This document shows positions 36,632 through 48,100 of a DNA stretch of 64,000 nt, piece after piece (the stretch's first letter is position 1; every line of letters starts with the position of its first letter). The notes beneath the pieces are model-generated. The model was not told the DNA's origin. It saw only the letters and a program-made list of their open reading frames with translations, and ran no database searches. The DNA lies in contig RHPI01001428.1 of assembly GCA_009103225.1 (NCBI GenBank), positions 308,158 to 372,157 on the forward strand, read 5' to 3'. A program made the translations under genes and the position numbers. The DNA comes from Chlorokybus atmophyticus. Its lineage: Eukaryota; Plantae; Mesostigma and Chlorokybus algae.

Positions 36632-38710
36632 ATGGGCGCTGAGGGCAGCAAGCCCGCGGCGGCGGCGGCGGCTGACCTGCCGGGTATCGTGACCGTGCGC
36701 TCATACGACCCGGCGGCGGCATCGGCTTCCTTGTCGTCGGTGTCGTCGGCGGCGTCAGCGTCCGCAGCGGGGGCGGGAGCCGGAGTTGAGGAGGCGGATA
36801 GGAGGAGTGAGCGGACGCCTGTTGAAACTCTGATAGCGCTGCAAACGGTGAGAAGTGAAGCGTTGAATGCATGTCCGCTTAGCTGCTGCTGCTCGCTCTC
36901 GCATGCATGAGAGACACGTGCATCTACAGGTTGACTATGAACAACAAACAGTGAATGCAAGTCCTTCGTGTCACTTCACAGTCGTGTTAGAGATAAAAGG
37001 AGTGGCCGCTGCGACCAATGCGATTGCAGGGCAATTCATTCGCTGTGTAAAGTATGCGTAGTTGCACAGCGAGTTTGTTCTGCAGAATCTCCTGATCAAC
37101 TCATACCAAGTCATAGTTTTGACGCTACTCCGTGCTTACATCAGTGGTAGTTGAAGAGCTAAGCAGTTCTAAGCGGGCAGATGCAGGTGTGCACATGCAG
37201 CGTTTTGCACAAGTGAACACAGTGCACTATTGCAAAAACGTGGCAAGTTGCAACATGTTCCCCCACATATATGAGTATGGAACTGCTACTACTCATTCAG
37301 TGTAATTACGTACTCTATCAGGTCTGTGTGGGAGTGAGCTCACGCACTTAGGCACGGCACGGCAGGGCACTGGTGCAGTAAACAGAGAGCTACATGCCCT
37401 TAGCTGTCTGTGTTCTTGTCCGTGCGTGCCGTGTGTGACCGCTATCAGATGCAGCGCGCACACAGAGGAACGTGTGCATGCATGCCAATTGCAAACAACA
37501 GGAGCATATGCAGCGTCCCAGACAATGGCAACTACGTGCGTCAGCTGTGCATGCGCGTGCAGCTAGTGCACTATGAAGTGTGTGCTGCATGTTAGCAGAT
37601 TGCACTTAACTAATCGTACACACAACTCAATTGTTCGTGCTTACAAAACCTTTCAACAAGTTTTGGATGACTCTGCGTGGTACAACAGCACCAAACCGAC
37701 GTCCCAGCTATATCAATCAAGCTCAATATATGCCCATAAGCACATACATGCGTGCACATGCACGCACATGCACACACACAAACACAACCCTCTCAAACTC
37801 TCTCTGCTGCGCGCAGTTTCAACCGCTGCTCCCGGCCGTCCCAGAGCCGTCCTGGAAGGAGCTCATCCCGCGCAACCCCCTCACGCCAGGCGAACCCGCA
37901 ACAGGCAAGGTTTGTTGGTGATTACATCCACACTGTAGAGGTTGTGTGAGCAGCGCTAGGTGAGCAGGCATCATCAATGGTGTGCTCTGCTTTGCAGGTG
38001 TGATTGACTCATCCACAACAAAAGAACTCCTGGACTTGTACGTCCGATGGTAAGCTCTTTCAAGCTTGTTTGGGAGTACAAGCACGCAATCCTTTTGTGT
38101 TTGTTTGCGTGTCATTATCACGTAGCGTGCTTGATGACTTTGCGGTAGCATGGACTTTTCTCTTCAGGTGTAGGGAAGCGGTTATTGAGCTGTCCAAGAA
38201 CCAGGTACAGCTGTCTGAAAGGAGCATAGCTGCAAGCGTTACGTCAGAAACTCATGCTCTTGCTGCAGGAGTCCGTGCATCGCGGAGTGGAGGACGCGGA
38301 GGCCCGCGCAGAGCGGCTCCTGCAGTGGCTCGCGCAGGCGGCGCGCAGCACAACCAGGAGCGCAAAAGACCTGCAACAGGGTGAGCAGTGCATTTGTGCA
38401 CTCTTATCCAGTACTTGACTCAGTTTAGTCCTTGCGCCTATGTTTTCGGTGAGCACAGTCACTGCATTGTATCAGATTGACAAGTCATTTTCTGCCACCG
38501 CTTCTTCAATTTGTTGCAGATCTGTACAAAACACGCGGAGTATTTGTTAAGACTCAAAACTAACTAGATGCGCTCCCTGTTTACTTCTTTTGCACAGTGC
38601 ATGCGCTGCAGTCGGAGCTGGCGGAAGCGCAGAGGCGTCTGGACGACGTGCTGGTGAGCTACGAGAAGCTGTGCGGGCGGCTCGAGGGCGCGAGGGGCAG
38701 GATACGCTAA
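36632..38710 (+). CDS. BORCS5: BLOC-1-related complex subunit 5 (BORCS5/LOH12CR1)-like protein, 6 exons
   Basis: Starts MGAEGSK (myristoylation-like Gly2). Exons FQPLLPAVPEPSWKELIPR, GVIDSSTTKELLDLYVRW, CREAVIELSKNQ, ESVHRGVEDAEARAERLLQ and VHALQSELAEAQRRLDDVLVSYEKLCGRL* parallel the plant family pattern LLELFSMYREW...EVHALQVELGELKGRLTEVISNCDALCKRI, as recalled. Confidence 0.75.
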
Positions 38711-39131
38711 TCAGCTTGCTGTTTGCTGGAGAGAGGAACCTGCTTGACTAAGCCTGGAAATTACGCTGCTGTCTATGCTAGCCTGCTGATGTATATGGTG
38801 GCTGTAGGTGAGGCTGGCTTCATTCGCACAATGTCAGGTTTTGTTACCTACTATGATTAAAACTTGTAAATTGTTCGTGGGTGTACGTGGTTCATGAGGT
38901 TGACTCTCAGTATGCCTCTCATGTTGTAGAAAACAGTACAGTGGGTGTATCGGTTATGCGCAAACGTTGCTCTTCAACAAAACTATCATCATGTATACTG
39001 TGCAATCGTTTGTCGTGGCTGCGATTGCCATGCATGCAATTGCTGTTATTGCGGTGACTACAGGAGCTGCCAATTCTACTCAAGTCCTGTTTACTAGCAT
39101 GTTACAAGTACACTGCATGTGTGTGGCGCGT

Positions 39132-42100
39132 CTAAGCCGGCGAGTCATACGCGGGTGGTGGCGGTACATACTGCTGTCGTTGCACCTGCGGTGCTGCGGG
39201 ACTTCCACTATATGGCGGTGTGGCTGCGACGAGCAGCACCGCGTTGGCGCTATGTCCTCGTCGCCGGCGCACGAGGACGACGGCCACGGCTGCACCCACG
39301 GCAAGGAGGGCCCCGCCGACAGCCGCACCCACGACAATACCCACGGTAGATGAGGAAGTCTTTGTGGACTTTGTGATAGTGGTGGGTGGGGGAGGGGGCG
39401 GGGGAGACTGCGATGGCGTGGGGGATGATGTTGGTGGGGTGGTTGTTGGCGGGGGTGTGCTTGTGGCCGGTGGTGAAGAGGAGGTTGGCTTCGGGGTTTG
39501 GATGACCACGAAGTCGCCCGTGCGCGTGCTCGTGCACGTGACGGATGTTGATGAGGATGAGTTGACGGCGATGCCTGCGCTCGAGAGTGTCCCGTTGGCC
39601 GCGACGACAGTGTAGCACTGCATTGTCTGAGTTTGCGTGTTGACAAGAGCCGAGTCCACGGGTACACGCACGCGGTACGTGCCACCCGCCTTGGGAACGA
39701 CATTCACCTCAAGACCCGTGGCGGAGTCCGTGAAGTGAACCTGAAGCACGCCCGACACGAGTGTCCCGCCAACAGGAAGAGTCTTGACCGACCTCGCCAC
39801 GAGTACGGGGTCCTGCACGTACGTAAGTTGCATGTCGAGGGTGGTAGGACAAGTCCCATTGGCGTTGCTGCTCGGACACGTGTAACCCGTGACGGGGGTG
39901 TCGAACTTGGCCAACGCCGTGTTGACGGCGAGGAGCTGACGACGGCGTCGTGAAGGCGTGCTGGCAACATTGAGGAGGAATTGTGCGCCGAGGAGGCCCT
40001 CGAGGGTGTTGCGGTCGACGAGGAGGACGATGATGTCCGAGGAGACCACGACGGGAGCTTCGTCTGGGGAGGCGTCTTTGAGTAAAGAGTCTCCAAGTGA
40101 TTGTAGAGCTGTGTCGAAGCGAGCACGCTCTTGCGTGGAGGCCAACAAGGTGAGGCTGTCGGTGGAGTTGGAAGAGCTCGCGTTGTACGTGTACGTGCCG
40201 AGCATGTTGCCGAGCACGCTCAGGACGGTGTTGCCAACGTCGCTCGTGACCGCGTCCGTCGACGAAGACAACCTATCCGTCACGAACACAATTGTGCGCA
40301 TGGCCGCATCACGTGCACCTGCGTTGATCTCACCGGCGTCGCCGCCCGTGACTTCAACCAATGCACCGATGATGCCGACGAGGTTTACGTTGGCGCCGGA
40401 GCTCGCCGCGCCACTCGTGGCGGTAGAGTATAAAGCCACAGCGAGCGTGGCGCGGATCTCCGCGTTGCTCGTGGCGTTGGTGGTGGTGTTGGCGTTGAGG
40501 GCGGAGCCCGCGCGAAGCACGTTGGCAAGGGTGGCGGCGGTGTCTTGAACAGCCTGCGAGGAGGTTAGGGCAGAGAGTGCGGACGTGATGTCCACGACGT
40601 ACGGGTGAACATGCACGGATGCCGTGACACAAGTCTCGGCCCCGTATGCATCCGACACGCAGACGTAACACGTGCGCGTGTAGTTGTCGTCCGGCATGCC
40701 CGCAGGGAGCGACGTGTATGTGTATGTGCGCTGCTCCCAGTTCATCACGAGCGGGTAGCGCAGACCCGAGGTGAGGTAATACCCAAACTCGTACGTAAAC
40801 GTGCCACTATTGTCGGTCCATCCATTAGCCGTTGCCGTGAACTCATTCCCGCCAAAGGCCAAACCATCAATCCGATCGAAGGAGAAACAATCCGTCGCAT
40901 TGGCAGCGTTGCAGAAAGGCTTCTGATTCATCGCGATTGTAGTATACGCCTGCGCGCTGGCCCCACTCTCTACATCTGTCATGGTGAGAGTGAAGTCATA
41001 GCTCACGCCACTCTGCAGCGCAACAGACAACACCACGAGGGTCTTGGACACGTTGGACGTGGCTTGGATGGACGCATCACCAAGGTCCAACTTGTCACAC
41101 GTCCAGAGGTATGTCACGGGTCTAGACGAGGTCAACAGGGCCTTCAAGCGTAAAGGCGTGCTCGGGTTGAAGTACTTTGGACACGTTACTCCCGTCCCGC
41201 AGAGTGGTATGATCTGTCCCGAGGGCGTGTTGTCCGTCCCGAGCACCGCGTGGACCTCCGTGACAGTGGCGGACTCGCGCTCGCAGTTACCCGACGCGTC
41301 GCAGTCGCCCTTTGTTGCCACTAAAGTGATGACGTACGTGGTCCCGCCGCTCATCGCGTTGGACATGATGTCGTAGGTCGACGCGTGAGACTCGGGAGAG
41401 TATTGGAGAGTTGAGTTGGGCTCGGTCACGCCGAGGAAACAAGGCAACTCGTCGGAGGTGATGCAACTCCAGTGGAACTGGAAGGCTGCGAGAACACAAC
41501 ACAAGCAGGTGAGCTGCAGGACAAAAGACATGGCAAGATAGCAACTTTCTGTCTACACGTAATGACAGCAAGAATGCAAACTTAACGTACATCCGCAACG
41601 CTACGCAAACAACAAGCACAGCAGCAACAACAACAACAAGTCCCACGCAGTACGCATGTACACAGCTTAGTGCGTTGTTGCACCAACTCAGCACTCACGT
41701 TCGATCTCGTTGTTGGGATCATCGGGGTCGAGTGAGTTGGCTCCCGAGAGCGTGATCGGTTGATCCACACGTGCGTCACGGTTGCCACCATCAATGACAG
41801 CCAGTAACGGTGATGCCATCACCGTCAGGTCCACTCTCAGACTAGCACTGCCATCCGCAACACCCTCAAGACTAGCCGTGAGTGTTAACGTGTATGTTGT
41901 GCCGGGCACGAGGCCGGCCGTGCCGGGAGCCACGTAAAGGTCTTTGGAGGCGAGGGCCGCGGCGGGGAGGGAGAATGTGGGCGAGGATGCAGCGAAGGAC
42001 CACGCGTACTGCATGCGGAGGTTGGAGGCGGTGCTTGAGGATATTGTCGCAGCCGCGCAGAGAGCGGATTGAGCGTCGACGCTGGTTTGGACGTATACGC

Positions 42101-45100
42101 CGTCGGCGATGAAGAAGTTCCTGGCGCTGTCGCCCAACACGTAGACTCGTGGCACAGCCACACCCTTCTTCTCAAACCTGCAACATCACCCGCAGCTCGT
42201 GAGCAAACCTCTCATGTTGATAATCGTCATCTTCATGTGATCGACGCTTCTGACTATATGCATACGCATGCACACGCGCACGCACGCAGACGCAGACGCA
42301 TATGCATACGCACACGCACACGCACAAGGTAATGCAATCTGTATCCTTTCCCTCACCTCCAGATGGCATTGTCGGTGGCATTGAACGCTCCATACACCAC
42401 CAGTTCCACGCTATAGTTCCCCGCCGGCAAGCTATACGGCAGTTCCAACTCACTCTCCCCTTGCTGCGCCACTATCGCCCCCGCCACCACACTCGTTCCC
42501 GCTCCCGCCGGTGCCGACACAAGCCTCCACATATACCTCTCCACCTCATCTCCATCAGCGGCCATCGAGTATGACCCGTCTATTGTGAATATGTTGGTAT
42601 TGGCACAGTCTGCGGCGCCAACAACGGCGAGAGCGTTGATGATGGAGATGGGTGGGTCTGGGTTGGAGGGAGGGAGGAGGAAGACGGTGGTGGTGGTGTC
42701 GAAGGGGACGAAGGGGGAGACTTGCATGAGAGAGTTGGAGAGGAGGTGGAGGGTGCTGGCAATGGTCACGGCCGCCTGGCGACCAAGGGTCACGTGCACG
42801 AGCGCACCGGAAACAGTGCATATGGCACCGTCGCCGAGTCGGCCAGCGGTCGCGGCGTCAAAGAGGTTCTGATACAGATGACACAAAACTGGTAAGCTGT
42901 GTATGTGTGTTTGTGCGCGCTCGTGTGTATGTGTGTGCATGTGTGCGTGCATACCCGTGCGTGTGTGCATGCGTGTGCACGTAAAAGGATGCATATTCCA
43001 TCTGGCGTGCGTACCTTGCAGAAGACAGATTGGGGCACGGCGGCTGCTGTCAAGTTGACGTCGATCTTGCGTCCGTCATTAGAGAGGCGGGCGGCCGTCA
43101 TGGTGGGCGCAAGCGGGAGGCACTGTCCGTAGCACCGCGCGCAGGTCTGCGCGCCCGTCTGCTCGTCGCAAGCGCAGTCGTAGCAGCGGTCCGTCGCCTG
43201 GCATATGAGGCCCGCGCCGCAGGAAGCATCATTCGAATTGTAACAGTTCTGTCCCGGGCCAACCTGAGACAAAGACGACTATCAGTAAGACAAGGCAATC
43301 AAGTTGAGTGCGCGTCGTGTGGGTACATCCTTGGTGTCTATAAGTTGGTGGTTGTTAAGTACAACCCTCATGTTTTCAATTCAAGTTCAATCGTACTGCA
43401 GCTGTGAGCTTGAGTGCAAAACTCGCTGGTCACACACAGACACACACGCACGCACGCACGCACGCACGCACGCAGTGCATGCGACTTGCAAGTGACTGTT
43501 GTATGAGTAGTTTGCACGTCCACAATATACCAACCACAAGTACGTCAGCTCTTCTCACCACTTTGGGTTTGTTCTGGTAGTTCGCGCACGGACTGCTACA
43601 CGTTCCCAGGCACGGCCCGCAGTTCTCTCCTCCCGTATCTCCATCACACTCGCACTTCCTCTGACACCCGTTGCTGTTGCCGTTGTACGTCGCGAAGTTG
43701 TTGCAGCGCTGCGCTCCCGGGCAGTCCGTGCTGGCGTAGCAGCTGCAGACGGTGGAGGTGCCGTTTGAACGGCAGGAAGGAGGAGGGGCGGAGGGGGGCG
43801 AGTAGCCGGAACAGAGGTTCAGACCCAACTTGGCGTTGCAATCATCTGAAGGAGAGAAGAGTTGTCGGTGAGTGGCAGTCACAGAGACGCTAACACATCT
43901 TGCTGCACAGCAGTGTGGGACAAGTTTTCCAAGACGAGCTTCACTGCGCATACACGCACGTACGCATGCACATGCTCACACAGTCACACCTACGCACACG
44001 AGTACACAGACACACACACACACGCATGCGCGAGCACACACGCGCACACGCACACAGATACACGCACGCGCACGCCCCCCTCGCCCCAGCTCACACACCA
44101 TCAAGTACGTGCTCACACCCCTCACTGTCGTTCTCATTACCTGAGCAGAACGCCAGCATCTGGCACAGCCTCACCGGCCTCCCCGCCAGTCCCGGATTCG
44201 CGGCTATCGCCTGACTACCCTCTCTGCACGCATCCTCACTCCCCTCCCCTGACTCTTCCCGGCAGTACTGCAGGAATCCCGCCACGGGCGTGACGGACGC
44301 GGGCTGGGTCTTGAGCCATGCCGGGAAGGCTGAGACCTCGTCAATACAAGTCTGGCAGTCTTGGCACAATGATCTGCAATTGCCGCCAGGGATGCAGTCT
44401 TCGTCGGAGACACCAGTGCAGGACAGGAGGTCGGAGGCGGTGTAGCATTTGGAGGTGCCTGTATAGGGAGTGGAGGAGCGGTCATCAGACTCTCTTCGCA
44501 TGCACGCACGTACGCATGAAACAGAAGTCCCCATGCATATACATGCATGTGTAACGAGTGCCTCCGACCCACCATCGTAGCAGTAGCCGTTGGTGGAGTT
44601 GCCGCTGTCCGCCTTCCACACGCAGCCGTACGGCGTGTTGGCCTTCCGACACGCCTGCTCCGCAGTCCCCAACTGCTGGCACCAATCTGTTTCATCCACA
44701 CACCAACTCATCAACCGCCACCATCCCGCACCCCCACCCCCCCACCCCCACACCCTCCCACTCACCCCACGCCGGCCTGCACTCAAACTCCCACTCGCAG
44801 TCACTATCGCCACCACACTCAGGCAAGTCGCTCCCGATCCGACAGCACTGGTCGTCCCCTCCGCAGGCCTCGGTGGCGTTGCGGCAGCGCCCGGTGGAAA
44901 GGGAGTCGCAGAGGGGGTCGGAGGAGCAGGAGGAGGGGTCGGAGACGAGATAGATGCAGGGGTTGACGACTGGAAGGGGTAGAGAGAGAAGAGGTGAATG
45001 GGTGGGTGGGGGAGTGGGGGTGGGGGAGTGTGGGTAGGAGTAGGGTGTGGGTGTGCGTGCGCGCGTGCGTGCGTGCGCATGCGAGTGTGCCATGGAGTGT

Positions 45101-48100
45101 GCGTGGGGGTGCGCGTACACCCACCACACGAACACACTCGTGTGTGTATGTGCCTGTGCATGCTCAGTGTGTAACTTACCCGACCAACAGTACTGCGACT
45201 GAGGGTCCCATTCGCACCCGTTATCGATGTCGCCAAGGCACGTGGCCCCGGAGCGATGCCCATGGCATTCATCTAAACACAGCACAACACTTCAGCCACA
45301 CACACACACTCTCTCAACTCCACATACTAGACACATCCCTTGTCACCCACCTCGCGCGATGCGGCATCCCTCCTCCCACGCGCAATCCTCCTCTCCATCA
45401 CATGTATCCGCATCAGTGAGTCTGCTGCACCCATCACCTTGATCGTTGTTGTTGTGATCCGTCTGGTTGTTGCGCACGGTGCAGCGGCTCCCCATCTGGC
45501 ACGAAGGAGCGGCATCGCAGGCGGTCGGGTCCGAGATGTATCGACAGAAGTCTTGAGCTGGAAGAGGAAGAGAGGTGAGGAGAGATGGACAGTGTTGTTG
45601 TGTGGGTGGGTGTGCTGAATGTGGGTGGGTGTGCGCATACCAGTGTAGCAGAACCCGAGGTGGTTGTTGCGATCGCTCTCACGCGACCAACCGCACCCCA
45701 AACTTTCGTCACACGTTGCTTCATCGCCAAAGCCCTCGCAAGGACCTGTCAAACACATACCACATCAACTCTCTCCCACCCAACACCCCAAAACTTCCAT
45801 CACACTTCTCCCTCATCCTTACTTATGGGTGCGCAGTTCTCCTCCCACTCGCACTCCCCGCCGCACTTCTCCTCGGCCGTGACCGGGCAGCACGTGTCGC
45901 CTGGCGGGCACGTGTTGTTGTTGTTGGGCGGAGGGGCGCTACCGGATGTGTCGTTGCGGGCGCAGCGTGAGATGAAGGTGCACAGGTCAACACCGTTGTC
46001 TTCGCCAGCGGTCACGCAAGCGTCTTCGGAGGGGGCGGACTCGCACGGGTTGTCTGAGTCTGGTGTGGAGTATGAGTTAGTTGTTGTGTCGTTTGTATCA
46101 AAGAGTGGAGATGTGAGTTTGTGAATGTGTTGTTGTCGCGCGTACTTACCCATGTAACAGACGCTCTTGGTGCTGTCCCAAATGCAATAGTCGCTCTCGT
46201 CCTCACAATCGCTCTCAGTGCGTTTGTCGAAGCAAGAAACTGCACGGGAGAAGTCAATAGTCAAGCTAACACCACATGCACGTGAGTACGCACACACACA
46301 CGCACACAGACACACACACACGCTCTTACACACACAAGCGCGTACACAGGCACACGCACACGTGCAACAGCACTAACACCACACATCACACACGTCTCAC
46401 CATCATTAAGCACGCATTCCGTCTCCCACCCACACCCTCCCTCCCTCCCGCACTCCTCTTTGCTCCTCCCGCAGCACGCGGGGTCGTCCTCCGGTCCGCA
46501 CTGGCTGTCGGTGTTGTTGTTTTGCGTGATGTTGGCGAGGCAGCGTGGGGGAGAGAGGGAGCAGAGGGCGGTGTGGGCGTCGTCAAAGATGTTGGAGCAT
46601 TCGAGGGGGGAGAGGGAGACGCAGGGGTTGTAGGCTGGGGAAGGGGGGAGGAGTCAGGAGGGAGGTGTGTGTGTGCGTGCGTGCGTGCTATGTGTGCTTA
46701 CTTGCAGTGCAGAATCCTTGCTGAGGTTGTTGTTGCTGTTGTTGTTGTTGCCATCTGCAGCGTCCATTCGTCTGCTGGCACGCGTCCTGCGCCTTGTCTC
46801 TGCAATCATCTGCATACACACCACCCCTCCACAAAGTCAATCACACCACACTCCCTTCCCCTCCCTCCCCCCCTCACCCCACACCCACGCACACGCATAC
46901 GCACCGCGAATGAGCCCGCAATCGCTCCTCCACGCGCAAGATGTGTTATTGACCCCGCGCCGCGCAGCGCACTCGGCAGGTCCCTGAGCCCCGCAGCATG
47001 GACCGTCCTCGGGCAGGCACTGAGGACCCATCGGCGGCGTGTTGGGGCCATGTGGACCCGGGGCATAGGGACCGGGAGCGTAACCGGGACCCGGAGAAGG
47101 TCCTTGAGGACACCCTGCGAGGACAGGAAGTTAGTGTGCGTGTATGCGTGTGCGTGTGCGTGTGCGTGCGCGTGTACACTCTGGCTGTGTTGTTGCAATC
47201 CTCACCGCGTGTGTCGACGCAGATACCCAGTGCGTTGCATAGCCGCATCGGGTCTCTCAGTATGGTTGTGTCCTGGGTGACTCTGCGTGTGACATTGGCA
47301 CATTGATCTCTCGAGGCCCATCCCTGCATTACGCAGGATTGATTGAAGCGTCGAATGCCCTCATCAGGACTGATGTTGGCAGTGTAGTTGACGGTGATCC
47401 ACTGCGCGGCGCCGTCCATGCAGCGACCGCACGCCTCGCAGCTGCGGTTGTTGCCGTTGCTGGGAGGGGCCGGGGGGCTGTTGTTGTGGTTGTATGAGCA
47501 ATGGGCGGGTGAGAGAGTGCATAGCGGGGTGGTGCGTGCCGTGTCGGCGAACTTGATGTTACATTCGGAGGGGGAAAGGGCCGCGCATGGGTCCAACACT
47601 GTGTGTGTGCATGCATTAGTACAGTCCAACGACTTCTAGCTGTTGGTTTTGTCAGGCATTATCGTCATGGTCCTACCAGGTGAACAGAAGTCACCATCAG
47701 GGCCCTGCTGCCACTGGCACTGTCCGTTGTTGGCTCGCTGGCACTCGTCGCGCGACCGTGTGCTCCTGCAGTCATCTGCAACACAACAAAACCAAGGTGA
47801 CTTAGCACCAGAACATCCCTCCCAGCCACACACACAATAGTTTGTACCTTGTATGAGCGTGCAGTCCTGGCGCCACGAGCACAGGCCTCCCGCTCGTGAC
47901 CCGCAGTCGACTTGGTCCCGCGCCCCGCAGCAGGCGTCGTTGGCAGGGCACTGTGGGGGACCCGTTGGCGTTGGGGGACCCATTGGTGGTGTTGGGGGAC
48001 CCTGCTGAGGAGGGTTGTTGTTGTTGGGAGGAGGACCCACGGGAGGGAAGCACGCCGAAGGCATGTCGCACAACCCGAGCGCGTTGCAGATGCGTGGAGC

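Noticed and set aside
36253-36960. 235-aa minus-strand ORF
   Set aside because: Antisense shadow of the GC-rich first exon of the BORCS5-like gene, with low complexity.
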